A stretch of 64,000 bases of DNA. It comes from Carpediemonas membranifera BICM (lineage: Eukaryota > Protista > Fornicata). The stretch covers positions 372,001 through 436,000 of the forward strand of contig JAHDYR010000069.1 in NCBI GenBank assembly GCA_019828565.1, in the 5' to 3' direction. The notes beneath the pieces are model-generated. The model was not told where the DNA came from. It did not search any database and saw only the letters and a list, made by a program, of their open reading frames with translations. Made by a program: the position numbers and the translations under genes. Positions 41,180 through 52,345 of the stretch are shown piece by piece; within the stretch, counting starts at the first letter, position 1; the number at the start of each line of letters is the position of its first letter.

Positions 41180-43075
41180 TCAGCATATCGCCTGAGTCGC
41201 GTCCTCCGCGGCGTCCCTGACGTCCTTGTCGCTGTCATTCCCCATTCCCGTCAGCACTGCCTTAACCTGCACCGTGTTGAGTCGGTCAACGCACTGCCCA
41301 ACGACGCCCAGGGCCTTGGCTGCGTTGATCCTGACGTTGGGCACACGATCATTGGCCACTCCTCCGGCTATGTCGACGAGCGTAGGTCCAAAGCTTGGGT
41401 CTGTGCTAGTGACAGCCTCGGCGACGGCCACGAGCGTGTGCATGGCAGAAATCCGGATCAGATACGTCTGGTTCTTCGCCATGCGTTGGATTGTCGGCAC
41501 CAGCGCAGAGGCGACCCAGGGTCTGCCCATTAGGTCGACCAAGTCCACCGCCGCGTCAGCTGCCGCCTGTCTCACCTCAAAGACCGAGTCGGCCAGCAGC
41601 GTCAGCTCACAACCCGCCAGGGTCGTGATAAATCTCTCGCTGCTGTCGGCAGGAGTGTTAGCCTCCGCATCCTTCACGCTGAACGACCTGACCAACGCCG
41701 GCAGCAGCCTGGCCAACGTCTCGCGGGTCCGCCACAGGCTGTCGGCCATGAGGCCAGTCTTAGGCATGCCGTCACACGCCCCAATCGCAGAGGTGAGCAG
41801 TGCCCTGAACGAAGGGTCATGGGCCCCTACCCGGGGGATGGCCGTCTCAAGCAGGGCAAGGACGGCCAGACGGACCTCGGAGTCGGGGTCGGAGAGGATC
41901 CGGAAGACCACTGGCTTGAGATGCTGAGTGATGTTGCTGGGGGTCAGGCGCGTGGCGAGGCGGCAGACTGTCTGGGCTACGGCGACTTTCACGGGCTGCA
42001 GGGCGTCCGTCTTGAGCTGTGACAGGGCCGGGACGAGGTGGCGTGTGATCTCAGCCTCGGGGACGTTCTGGGCCAGCTCCATGGTCCGTCTGACTGCCTC
42101 GAGCCTGACTTCAGCTTCAGAGTCGTTGAGCAGGTCCGCAAAGATGGGCACGAGCTTGGACGACGTCTCTGTGTTGTGCTGGGCCAACGGCGCCGCTATT
42201 CCCGCCATGGCCGTGCTGATACAGCGGCGGACACGCCATGATGGATCGGCCGCGGCAAGTGTGACGGTATCAATCGTCCACTCGACGTCCTCATGGGCGC
42301 CGTGGCCGATAATGAGCGTGGTCAGCGCGGGCAGGCCGAGGACGGCATGCATCCGGATTGTGTCAGATGTATCTGAGAGAAAAGATTTGAACCAGTCGAC
42401 GATAGCGCGGGCGTGGTCGGCGTTCTTCTTGTTGTGGACCTGGATGGTCAGGGGCCCTGCAGCTTCTACGGCGCTCTTACGGGTGACTTCGAGCTGGTTC
42501 TCGTCCTGTAGTGAATCGAACAATGTGACAATGTCGTTCGTCTTCGTAGAGCATCGCTCATACACAATGGGCGTGATAAATGCCGCAGAGGAGAGCTGGT
42601 TGTAGAACGGGCCCGCGGTGAGCTCACTGTACAGGTCAAACAGGGACCGGTCAGCGTCAGCGGGCGCCATGTCGACCGTGATCGCCTCGAGCGTCTCCAC
42701 CGCCGCCCGACGAACGGCAAAGGTGTCTCCCTCGAGGAGCTTCTTCACAACACTGAAGAGGGAGGCGGGGTCAAGCACACGTTGCGCCATGCCCTTGAGC
42801 TGGTGGCAAATTTCCTTCTGCACGGCTTCATCGTCGTCTGCGGGGTCAACAAGATCCGCTAGGAGCGGCATAAGCTCGTCCTGAGTGCGTTTTGGGCCAA
42901 TGTAATCGCATATAGAGTGCAATTCCCTGATCCCCCGAAGCTGGAGGGCGGAATCGCCCGAGACAAGCTCTTGCAGGGCTCCTTTCACCAGTTTCACTGG
43001 AATTCTTGGAGATGATGGTGAATAGCTTCCTCTATGGCCACGTGGGCTCTCCTTCGAGGTTGGAAAGCTGACCAT
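41180..43075 (-). CDS. PP2A scaffold (A) subunit-like HEAT protein
   Basis: IGPKRTQDELMP, DPSWRVR, LLNDSEAEVR, DPDSEVRL, WRTR, LADSVFEVR, YLIR, DRVPNVRINAAK, DSDKDVR. Confidence 0.88.
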   Translation of the reverse strand: MVSFPTSKESPRGHRGSYSPSSPRIPVKLVKGALQELVSGDSALQLRGIRELHSICDYIGPKRTQDELMPLLADLVDPADDDEAVQKEICHQLKGMAQRVLDPASLFSVVKKLLEGDTFAVRRAAVETLEAITVDMAPADADRSLFDLYSELTAGPFYNQLSSAAFITPIVYERCSTKTNDIVTLFDSLQDENQLEVTRKSAVEAAGPLTIQVHNKKNADHARAIVDWFKSFLSDTSDTIRMHAVLGLPALTTLIIGHGAHEDVEWTIDTVTLAAADPSWRVRRCISTAMAGIAAPLAQHNTETSSKLVPIFADLLNDSEAEVRLEAVRRTMELAQNVPEAEITRHLVPALSQLKTDALQPVKVAVAQTVCRLATRLTPSNITQHLKPVVFRILSDPDSEVRLAVLALLETAIPRVGAHDPSFRALLTSAIGACDGMPKTGLMADSLWRTRETLARLLPALVRSFSVKDAEANTPADSSERFITTLAGCELTLLADSVFEVRQAAADAAVDLVDLMGRPWVASALVPTIQRMAKNQTYLIRISAMHTLVAVAEAVTSTDPSFGPTLVDIAGGVANDRVPNVRINAAKALGVVGQCVDRLNTVQVKAVLTGMGNDSDKDVRDAAEDATQAIC

Positions 43076-43306
43076 ACCGAAGAATGGAAAACCCGTAGCC
43101 GATCGTCTCGAAAGTGCCGAGATCATTCCAAATCGGATAAATATTCGGCATCTGATCGATATCCGACCCTCATTACACACACCCCAACCCGCTATCTCTT
43201 CAGCTAGGCCCCCAGAAGCCTCCACCGACCCGCGCTGCCTCTCGGCCATCCAAAAAGACCCATCGCAGCTGACAATACAGTTTACAGAAAGTTTACAACA
43301 ACATTC

Positions 43307-44689
43307 TTAGCCCCAGAAGGCGAGGTTGTCGTCAATGCTCTCCTTCTCCTTGATAATCCTCATCTTCCTGTCCATGTCGATCGCCACAATCCTGGGCGAC
43401 GCTCTCGAGTTGAACTTCGACCACACAGCGAAAGTGTACGCCCCCGTGTTGAACATGGCAACGTGGTCCCCGGCGACTGGGACAAGAGAGGTCGGGATCT
43501 TCCGTTCAAAGGCGATGGTGTCGTACGAGAAGCAGAGAGGGCCAACCAGGTCAACGGTGGCCAATGTATCGGCCTCGTCGTCGTGCACGTACTGGTTCTC
43601 GATGTACTTCAGGGCGCCGTCCTTGGAGTACGTGGCGAAGGGCACTCTGAGCATCTCCTCGTGGGTGTAAGTTGTCCACACCAGCATGTCCGCCCCAAAG
43701 TGGACGGTGGCAATGTGTCTGCCGCCCGCCTCACGGTCGTATTCCACGGCGCTGACGATCGTACCAGCGTGGCCGATCAGGGCCCGGCCGAACTCTGTTA
43801 CCAGCGTGTAGAGGTCGAGCGAGGGGCCAGTGGCCTCCCTGAGCTGCTTGTAGTACGCTTCGAATGGGAGGGTTCCGGCAAGGTCAGAGGCCATGTGCTC
43901 GATAGGGAAGCCCCCGCCGATGTCCACATAGTCCAAGGCCTTGCCAGAAGCACGGAGCTCGTCAGCCAGGTCGACTACAGCCTTAACACCGGCGCAGAGT
44001 GTGTCGAAGTGCATGCCGCCTGACCCGACGTGGACGTGGAGGCCGACGATGAACGGGAGAGTCTTGGCCGCCTCGAGGATCTCGGACCGGGCCTCCTGGA
44101 GGGGGATGCCGAACTTGGCGTATTTGGTAGCGGTGCTCGTGGCGGCAATAGAACCGGCGCCGACCTGGGGGTTGATGCGGAGCCCGACCTTAGGGCTGGA
44201 GCCCTCGGGAAGGGACTTCACAGCCTCCTCCACGCGCTTGAGCTCTGTGAGGTTGTCTACGTTGAGGTAGACTCCCTTCTCCAGGGCAAAGCTGATCTCC
44301 TTGGCCGTCTTGCACGGACCGTCGAAGACTACGTTCGCAGGATCGATGCCGGGGACACGGAGGGCCTGCATAACCTCCTCGATGGACGCACATTCGAGTC
44401 CGAAGCCGAGGGAGACGAAGAACTTGAGGACAGCGGGACACGGGTTGGCCTTGAGGGCAAAGCAGTGTTTTGTGGTACGGGGGAAGGCAAGCTTGACTTC
44501 CTTCGCGCGTTCGATGATTCTAGCCTCATCAATAAAGTAAACCCAGCGGTTCTCCTCGTCCAGAATGCCTTCCTTGTTCGCTCTTGCGATCAGGTCCGAG
44601 AATTCAGCCTCGTAGGCGGTGTTCTTGGCGGGTTTCATAGGCTCGGAAGGGTTAATGGGCTTCATTTCGTCTTGATGAACGGTAGGCAT
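43307..44689 (-). CDS. Orn/DAP/Arg decarboxylase class II (diaminopimelate decarboxylase-like)
   Basis: FALKANP (PLP lysine), ECASIEE, DGPCKT, KFG, HVHVGS, DIGGG, EFGR, GPLCFSYD, TGAY. Confidence 0.9.
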   Translation of the reverse strand: MPTVHQDEMKPINPSEPMKPAKNTAYEAEFSDLIARANKEGILDEENRWVYFIDEARIIERAKEVKLAFPRTTKHCFALKANPCPAVLKFFVSLGFGLECASIEEVMQALRVPGIDPANVVFDGPCKTAKEISFALEKGVYLNVDNLTELKRVEEAVKSLPEGSSPKVGLRINPQVGAGSIAATSTATKYAKFGIPLQEARSEILEAAKTLPFIVGLHVHVGSGGMHFDTLCAGVKAVVDLADELRASGKALDYVDIGGGFPIEHMASDLAGTLPFEAYYKQLREATGPSLDLYTLVTEFGRALIGHAGTIVSAVEYDREAGGRHIATVHFGADMLVWTTYTHEEMLRVPFATYSKDGALKYIENQYVHDDEADTLATVDLVGPLCFSYDTIAFERKIPTSLVPVAGDHVAMFNTGAYTFAVWSKFNSRASPRIVAIDMDRKMRIIKEKESIDDNLAFWG

Positions 44690-44890
44690 GGCTTGACTGC
44701 TTCTAATGCTGCAGCACGATCTTAGTGTGGTGTTGGACGCGACTCTGGGGCAGTCGATTGATCCGATGCCGCCGATGGATGTGAGTCAGATCGCGGGCCA
44801 TAGAGGCTCCCTCGCCAGCCCCGGCAATGCTATGTGATGGCCTCCTGCTCTCGGTCATCAACAACCAACCAATTGAAGCGATACTTTACA

Positions 44891-46048
44891 CTACTTCTTC
44901 CCCTTCTTCCCCTTCTTCCCCTTGCCCGCCGGCGCCGCCTTTCCCCTGGCCGCCTCCTTCCACAGTCGCTGGATCTCCGCAACGCTGTACGGTTGGCGAA
45001 GAACCCGCGCCGCGTCAAGCACGAGCTTCATCCGCGCCTCGAACGCGCGCTGCTCGTCCCTCCTGTTGAGATCCCGGACCTCGCGCTCGTAGTCCTCAGT
45101 GAGGCCGGCCAGCTTCTCCGCCGCAGCCTTCTCCTTCTTCGTCATCTCCTCGACCTGGTTCTCATGTTCCTCCAGCTCCTTGGCATACCGCTCATTCCAC
45201 TCCTGAGCTTGCTGCTCCAGATCTGTCACGGCCGCCTCGAGGTGGTCAGAAAGGGTCTTATCGACTCTCATCTCGACCTCAAGCTGGGTCCTGCCGTCCT
45301 CGATGAGCTTCATCACGTCCAGCTGGGCCGTCCCGTCCTCTCTCGCCCTCTTGTCCGCCCGCCCGGCCGCCTCCTTCCGTGTGTACGTGACCTCCACCGT
45401 GCTCTTCAGCTTCGTGTCCGCCAGCTCCGTCTGCAGCTTGGCCAGAGCATCCCTGCGTTGGGCCAGGCCCTTGTCGTACTCTGCCTTCTCGTGCTCAAGC
45501 TGTGCCGTTACGTCTTTGATCCGCTGGTTTGCCTCCTTCTCGTGCGTCACCATTTGCCCGTATCTGTCATTCTTTGCCTTCTCCTCGGACACCGTGACGT
45601 GCATTGCGGTGTATGTCCCATGGTCCAGGTCAGTCATGGTGTCGTGGAGGAGCTGGAGGAGGCGGGAACGCTCATGTTGGATCTTGGCGAGGTTGGAGGA
45701 AACGCGCGGGTTCTCCTGGAGGGCTTTGCGGAGAGCCTGTGTCGCTGTGCGAAGCTCATCGGTGACTTCCTTGATGTGTTCAAGGCTTTCGGTGTATCGT
45801 GAGCGATTGTGCATGCCTTTGAGCTGGTTCCTTTCTTGGATCAAATCATTATACCTCTGCTCAAGAGTCTTCTGGTTCTCGATCATCGAAAAGACCTCAT
45901 CGCCTAAAAATTTGGACAGCTCGTCGCGATGAGCAATGAGATCTGGCTCGGTCTGTGATAGGTTGTCAAGCGCTTGTGCGGACTCGAATATAAGTACCTT
46001 GGCAAGCGGTAATAGGATTGGTGGCAGAGATGCCGAGTTTGACGTCAT
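44891..46048 (-). CDS. Dynein regulatory complex subunit (IQCG/DRC9-like)
   Basis: Coiled coil, LQENPRVSSNLAKIQHER, IQ-like IQRLWK and a KGKKGKKGKK tail. Confidence 0.7.
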   Translation of the reverse strand: MTSNSASLPPILLPLAKVLIFESAQALDNLSQTEPDLIAHRDELSKFLGDEVFSMIENQKTLEQRYNDLIQERNQLKGMHNRSRYTESLEHIKEVTDELRTATQALRKALQENPRVSSNLAKIQHERSRLLQLLHDTMTDLDHGTYTAMHVTVSEEKAKNDRYGQMVTHEKEANQRIKDVTAQLEHEKAEYDKGLAQRRDALAKLQTELADTKLKSTVEVTYTRKEAAGRADKRAREDGTAQLDVMKLIEDGRTQLEVEMRVDKTLSDHLEAAVTDLEQQAQEWNERYAKELEEHENQVEEMTKKEKAAAEKLAGLTEDYEREVRDLNRRDEQRAFEARMKLVLDAARVLRQPYSVAEIQRLWKEAARGKAAPAGKGKKGKKGKK

Positions 46049-46481
46049 CGTCTCGTCGATTGAGACCTTAAAGTGCGAAATATAGATCGTCTATTTTCTA
46101 AGTCCATTGGCTCTATCCGACATATTAAGTGGTATTGAGCTGCTCTACATCAATATAAATAGTGTGAGGCAGTCTTTTTCTTCCTCCCGGGGTGAGTTGG
46201 GTCAACCCGCCCAGCACCGTGCTTTTCGTGTATTCTTGGCCAAGGATCTCAGCAGCAGATTCATTATGAGCTTGACAGGATCCAGGGTCACATCGGCTCG
46301 TGTGGATTGTCATGAGAGCTCGGAAGGACTGTGAAAAGTCCCTGAACACAAGTGGGTCCTGTCTGTCTCTGGTTACCGAAGCATACTGGCTGCAGGTGGG
46401 CTTCCGACTTCTGACACTCATCGCACGCCGGTTTCCTTTCCGACTCGACCCCAATCACACAACCTAAACTCGCATTTAAAC

Positions 46482-47778
46482 TCAGTAGTTCACAGTGATG
46501 ACCCCGATCTCGGCATAAGCCCCCAGTCGCATCACCGTGCCCCACGACCCGGTGCCCTGGTTCACGATGACCGGGGTCCCGTCAATGTCGCACTGCCCGC
46601 TGGGACACTCCCACATGAGGTTGATCGCCCAGGTCAGCGGCCACAGCTGCCCCGCGTGTGTGTGACCGCTGAGCATGAGGTGGACGTTGTTGCTGGCAGT
46701 GGGCTCGGAGAAGTCCTGGGGCTGGTGAACCAAGTACACCCCGGGCAGGGTCTCTGAAGAGGCAGCGACCAGGGCCTCCAGGGCCTCCAGGGCCTCTGTG
46801 ATGTTGGCGGGGGTGTTGATGTCACCCCGCATCTCCTGGAGGGTGTTGACGCCAGCAAAGAAGAAGTGGTCTGTCTCCAGCGCCTCGTTGATGAGCAGCT
46901 TGACACCGCGCTTGTTGAGGATGAGTCTGAACTCACCCTCCTCGTCCATGGCGTCATGATTCCCTGCAATGGCGATCGTGCGGCCCAATGGAGTTGTGAC
47001 CAGGTCAGCGAACGGGTCGGCCGCAGCCTCGAAGGCGTCTATGTCGTCGTCCATGATGTCTCCGGTGATTACGACGTACGCGGCGTCGTCGTCGCCGATC
47101 TTTTCATTCACCATGTCGACCACCATCTGCAGCCAGCCCTCTGGGCGAACTGTGCCGAGGTGGAGGTCGGAGAGGTGAATGATGGTCGCGGTCTTAGTGG
47201 GGTTGGCTGACGCGTTGATCTCGTATGTCTTGAACGAAGGGTAGAGGCCGACGACGGTCCCCATGATGATGAGGACGGCCGCCAGGCCAAAGGCAAAGAG
47301 GCTGAGGAAGCCCTGGACAATGTAGAATGTGCTGTCGAGCTTATCGACCCACACGGGCTTCTTGTTCTTGATGGACGAGTTGATGAGGAATGCGACGAGG
47401 TAAATGATTTCGATGACAGTCACGGGGATAACAGAGACGGTGAATATGAAGCCGGCGCCCAGGGCGAAGTTAAAGATCTGCGAAAAGACGAAGCTGAACG
47501 TGTCGCTGACGCTGTAGCTGATGGCTTGGTAAGGAGCAGTGATGTGACGAACTGAAGGAGGCGAAAGCGACGAGGATGAAACAGATGGCCAGCGCGGTCA
47601 TCCAAAAGAACAAATTGAAGAGTGTGATGCGCCGTACGCGCTTGCCACGGAGGGGCGGGGCCATTTGTAGTACCCACGCCATATGGAAGATCAGCTGGAC
47701 AAACACGACAGCCAGTAGGACAGTCATGACGCAAAGAGCTACTGCGCCGATGACTACAAGCTCCAAAACGGACGGCAT
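46482..47778 (-). CDS. Membrane-anchored metallophosphoesterase (TMPPE/YkuE-like); short intron near 47525-47552
   Basis: SDLHLG, TGD, GNHD, LVHQP, LSGHTHAGQ, with N-terminal transmembrane helices. Confidence 0.85.
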
Positions 47779-48553
47779 GCGCTGATTTGTTGCTGCTGAC
47801 AGTCGCTCGCAAGAAAAAGTTCGAGCCAGCGAAAACAGGGCACATGGCGCGGCATGGGTCAAGACACGCGGGCAAGCGACTACAGCTCACCGGACTAGAC
47901 TTATGCCTGCTTCCAGCAGTCGTTTCGGATCTGACACCGGTCGGGTTGGCTGGGAATTTTGTGAATCAGTCGAATCACCGAGACACCAAAATATCATCAG
48001 ATGCAGAGAGTGAAACAATACTGGAATGAATGGTGTCGCCTTATCGTGCGACTTAATTTCCGCCGACATCTGTCTCGACGAGCGGTCGATTAATCAAATC
48101 AGATTTGATTAAATGAGATGATTCGTGACGGTCAGCACTGAATATACGTGATTGGGCCACACCAGACGTGTGCCATCAATCATGTCGCAGTCGGATCAGT
48201 TGGTCAATCAGATGATTACGAGTCGAGGTCAAGCATGTTTGAAAAACGGACACGAGTCATCCAAGTGTTCGGGTTGGGGTTGGGGGGGGGGTCGAGCAGT
48301 GGATTCCCGAGAACATGGTGAGGGTGAGGGTCGCCATTCCGACCAAAACACAGATACACAGATACTCGACTCAGAGACTCAGAGCGCGACACTCTCACAG
48401 AAATCGCAGACCGGAAACCACTCTGGATCAACTGCAACAAGATCATGTATTAATACACCCGTAACACATAATCGGAGCCTTTACCTGTTGTATTTTGCAC
48501 AAAACAAACCGCCAAAAATGGCTAAAACTGCTGCTGACTCGACTCGACTCGAC

Positions 48554-49777
48554 TCACATCCACTGGTGCCCCACGGTAACAACCCCAACAGGCGTCGTCA
48601 CGTACACACAGCTCTGCCCAAACCCTACCCCGTCAATCATTTGATCTTTCTCAAACCTACCAAGCCCAGCCTCAAACTTGGCCGCGGCAGAAAGACCAGA
48701 AATTGGCACTGGGACTGGCTCCTGGTGGTCTACGCCAGTGACGGGGTGAAGCCCGACGAGGTAGAGCCCCCGGATAGTGACTATGGCTAGCCTCTTGCCC
48801 GTCTTGTCCGGGTGGAGGGCGGTGACTCGAGGCACAGTCATTCTTCGGTCAACGCCGGTCAAATCTCTGTAGAACAGTCGGAAGCCATATCGAACGTAGA
48901 CGCGTTGGCCCACGTGAACAGTCTCGCCCTCCTCGAGCTTCTTGCTGAACATCTCGAGGCGTTGTTCGCACACGAAGAAATGGTCCAGCTTATCCTTGCT
49001 CTTGAGGCCGGCCGTGACCATAACGGCCCACATAACGTCATTGGGCAGATCCTCCATGCATGGTGGGTCGACTACACCCATACACCGGCGCCAGGCCTTG
49101 ATCTCACCCGCCATGAGGTGGATGGCTGCTTGCTTGAGCCACGTGACGGCAACTGGGCGATGATACTCGGTAAGCTGTGCGGCAATAGTGTGGATAGCCT
49201 CTAGAAGGTCGTCGAGGGTGTCTCCGGCGTATGTTCTCTCGTCAAGCACACCGGGTGCAGGCTCGTCAGATACGTCCTCGAAGGCGAGCCGGAGGAGAGT
49301 CGGTACGTCGCCTGGGACGTCCTGGGTGGTACGGTCAGCGTACCGGATCTGATACAGCAAGTTTGCGAGGATGTCGCCGAGGGCTGCGTTCGGCTTCCCA
49401 ATTCCCGCAAAACGTTCAATGATTGTAAGCTCCTCCAGTGATGTTACAGGATGCATGGAGCCTTCTAGTAGGGATATTGCCTTGTCCACGAAGTACTTGG
49501 ACCGGTGGAACGCCTGGGCTTCATCTCTGTAGAAGATCTTGGCCAGCCATTTGGGTTGATCGTGTTCCATCTCATAGCTGATCGCCTGGAGCTTGCTATA
49601 GAGTATTGCTAGCGTAATAGTTCGTATCTCATCCCTCGGAGACGTTGGGGCCCGGAACACGCGGCCAGTCTTGAGGAAGAATGCCATTCGCAGCGCCATA
49701 GGCACTCCAAGGCGGTCTTTGACCAGTAGATCGGAAGCACTAATGCACTTTCCGATATTCACATCAAGCGCCTTCAT
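48554..49777 (-). CDS. Divergent, C-terminally truncated member of the RCC1-like family
   Basis: DVPGDVPTLLRLAF, RMTVPRV, RGLYLVG, FEAGL..EKDQM, TPVGVVTVG match the family; it stops abruptly at a (GACTC)n tract. Confidence 0.6.
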   Translation of the reverse strand: MKALDVNIGKCISASDLLVKDRLGVPMALRMAFFLKTGRVFRAPTSPRDEIRTITLAILYSKLQAISYEMEHDQPKWLAKIFYRDEAQAFHRSKYFVDKAISLLEGSMHPVTSLEELTIIERFAGIGKPNAALGDILANLLYQIRYADRTTQDVPGDVPTLLRLAFEDVSDEPAPGVLDERTYAGDTLDDLLEAIHTIAAQLTEYHRPVAVTWLKQAAIHLMAGEIKAWRRCMGVVDPPCMEDLPNDVMWAVMVTAGLKSKDKLDHFFVCEQRLEMFSKKLEEGETVHVGQRVYVRYGFRLFYRDLTGVDRRMTVPRVTALHPDKTGKRLAIVTIRGLYLVGLHPVTGVDHQEPVPVPISGLSAAAKFEAGLGRFEKDQMIDGVGFGQSCVYVTTPVGVVTVGHQWM

Positions 49778-50058
49778 GTGACGGCTTGTATTCGCTTATT
49801 CTCGGACTCAGTAGTAGTGAGAGTGGGACACCATCGAAAGATCGAGTAAATCTGAAAATTTGGGCAATTGACCAGTCAGGGGTTGTGAATGATGGCTTTA
49901 CTATGCGGTGGAGTCGACGCGACCCACGTATCTTCTTTGCAGGTGTCGGTGAATGGTTTCCGGAATTTCTGTTGATGTACAAAACGAAGAAGCGGAGACG
50001 AACACTCCAGGATTGTACATGTGGCATGCCAGGACATGTATCAGTATCCCACGGCCGC

Positions 50059-50355
50059 TCAGTGCGTGAGTAGGTACCGGAGGAGGAGGTATGCGATGAA
50101 CAAGAGTGCAATTGTCAGCAGAACGATGTAGAACATGCTCACTTTCTTGTGGCGGATGAGATAGGAGACCTTTTCCGCGGTCTTGTGGATCGCGGCGCTA
50201 GTGGAGCTGATGCTCTCGCCAAAAGAGTCCAAGAGCTCCTCCTGGTCCTGCACGGTAGTCCCAATGCCCATCGAGAGGTCCTTGAGGATCGTAAGCTTCT
50301 TGGAAAGCTCATCTAGTTCATCTTCGTTCTCTTTGAGAAACGTATGCTTCTGCAT
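50059..50355 (-). CDS. Qc-type SNARE (SNARE motif plus C-terminal TM; 5' end uncertain)
   Basis: LDELSKKL..LKDLSMGIGTTVQDQEELLD followed by a hydrophobic tail anchor. Confidence 0.75.
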   Translation of the reverse strand: MQKHTFLKENEDELDELSKKLTILKDLSMGIGTTVQDQEELLDSFGESISSTSAAIHKTAEKVSYLIRHKKVSMFYIVLLTIALLFIAYLLLRYLLTH

Positions 50356-50653
50356 CGGGCAGGATGTCGCAGATGACGATGGTCGCGCGATAAGGAAAGC
50401 GGCGATGTGGTCTGAAAAGACGATGGGGTGCGTATAGATGTCCCTCGATCACGCCTTGCTCGCTCCGGCTTGGCACGGCCCATGACCTCATGGCAACTAC
50501 AGCAGTTGTAGTAGCATGTGGGAGGAACTGAAAGAGCAAGGCATGCTTCTGTGAATGGGCAGCGAATGTGCCGTTTACTCAGCATCCTGGCCGCACTGGC
50601 CGGGCCGATTGGCAGCAGTGAGAATGAAATACCGACATCAGCAGCGTCAGAGC

Positions 50654-50875
50654 TCAAGAGGTGTAATGCGACCGCACATTCGTCAGATACTCTGTTAAAA
50701 TGCTGTTTCCATCCTTCAGCTCGTCATTCTCCTTGTTAATCTGCTCAATACGGCCCGTGATGTCCGCCCTCATGTCATGGAAGATGCCGATAAGATCAAT
50801 CATCTCCTCCCTGCATATTTCGTTCGTTTGTGTTCCAGGGCTGCTCTCAGATCCAACCTTTGCGTGGGGATCCAT
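50654..50875 (-). CDS. Short coiled-coil protein (SCOC/Slo1-like)
   Basis: RIEQINKENDELKDGNSILTEYLTNV resembles the SCOC C-terminal coil. Confidence 0.55.
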   Translation of the reverse strand: MDPHAKVGSESSPGTQTNEICREEMIDLIGIFHDMRADITGRIEQINKENDELKDGNSILTEYLTNVRSHYTS

Positions 50876-50985
50876 CGTTTTGCTTGTGGGCAGCTTTCGC
50901 AGTCGGCGAGTCAACGTCGGTCAAAACCTTGGTGCCGCAGCCAGGACATGGCGTGTGCTCATGCGGTACATGCAACAGCATTTAC

Positions 50986-52119
50986 TCAAGCTTCATGCTC
51001 GGCAGGCAGCACGTTGTCAGCTTCGAAGGTTCGTCCGATGAGTTCAGCGAACACATGCGCCTTGGTCTCTCGGTCGAGCGCGTCTTCGCCCTTGTACAGC
51101 CCTTGGGCGGCCAGATGGTTGGCCCTGCACCGCTTCACGAAGCACTGCTGCGCGGTCTCTTCGTTGGCAGGGTTGCCTGCCCACGCCTTCATCGCACTGC
51201 CCTGGAGGGCTCGAGCGAAGCTGAACGACAGCTGCCACGGCGCATTCGCCTTGCCCAGGCGGGCGGCGTGGAGGTTGATGGCGTTGAGCATGCCGGTCGA
51301 CTCCTGCTCCTTGAAGCCGCCCGAGAGGAAGCAGACCGCGGGCACAGCGGCAGGCACCGTCGCCATGAGCGTGTTGAGCGTCATCTGGGCGATGTCGGCC
51401 GGGATGATGTGCTGGGTCGAGTCGAGCCCGGGGGCTACCATGCTCGTCTTCAGGATCATGCGGGTCAGGTCAACTTCTTGCGCCTTGAGCTCGTCAAACA
51501 CAGCAGTCCAGACCCGTGTGCAGGCGTTGGCGTGCTGCTCGATGGTGTGGGTGCCGTTCGCCAGGATCTCGGGCTCGACAACTGGTACCAGGCCGCACTG
51601 CTGGCATATGGATGCCATGCGGGCGAGCGTGAAGGCGTTGATGTACACCGCCCGGGCCGACGGGTAGCCCTTGGCCTCGTCCACGGGGAAGATGGCCCGG
51701 AACTTGGAGAAGCGAGCGCCCTTGTGGTGGTAGGTCCGGCATCGCTCGTGGAGCTTGTCGAGCCCTTGGAGCACCGTCTCGTCCGTCCCCGCGATGGAGG
51801 CCTGGCCCAGGTCCGTCTTGACGCCTGTAACCATGCCCAGCTCCTGGATGAGCTCGGGGAGGGTCTTGCCGTCGTCGGCTCGCTGGTCGAGCTGCTCGGT
51901 GAAGAGGATGACGCCGCCAATGGCGATGGTGAACTCGGGGGAGGAAGTAAGCAGGATTTCACGCCAATGTCGTCTGTTTTCAGCGGTGTTGTCGATGTCA
52001 AACGCGAGGAAGCGCTTCCCCATCGTCCCGACGCTCTCATCAAGCGCAGCGAGGCCACGGTAGTTCCTCGTCATAATCTGGACGGTGTTATCAAGCTCTT
52101 TGCCAAATTCAAGCATCAT
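50986..52119 (-). CDS. Fructose-bisphosphate aldolase, class I
   Basis: GLAALDESVGT, GGVILF, GARFSKFR, GLVPVVEPE, ILKTSMV (Schiff-base lysine), FLSGG, LSFSFARALQ. Confidence 0.95.
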   Translation of the reverse strand: MMLEFGKELDNTVQIMTRNYRGLAALDESVGTMGKRFLAFDIDNTAENRRHWREILLTSSPEFTIAIGGVILFTEQLDQRADDGKTLPELIQELGMVTGVKTDLGQASIAGTDETVLQGLDKLHERCRTYHHKGARFSKFRAIFPVDEAKGYPSARAVYINAFTLARMASICQQCGLVPVVEPEILANGTHTIEQHANACTRVWTAVFDELKAQEVDLTRMILKTSMVAPGLDSTQHIIPADIAQMTLNTLMATVPAAVPAVCFLSGGFKEQESTGMLNAINLHAARLGKANAPWQLSFSFARALQGSAMKAWAGNPANEETAQQCFVKRCRANHLAAQGLYKGEDALDRETKAHVFAELIGRTFEADNVLPAEHEA

Positions 52120-52345
52120 GGTACTTTCTGCCCATGTCAGAGTGGACGATGTGTCATGGACTGGCGTTGAACGATGGAAATGGGCAAAACTGACAAAACA
52201 AAAAGCCTGATTCTTCCGGGTAGAGCGTTCAGCCTGGCCCGATCAAGAGCCTGTCCAGACCGTATTACCAGGGTCTCTTGCCTCAAATTTTCTTTCTCGA
52301 CTCAGAACGAAAAGGGCCAGGATTTCGCCAGTATCCGTGCGAAAA

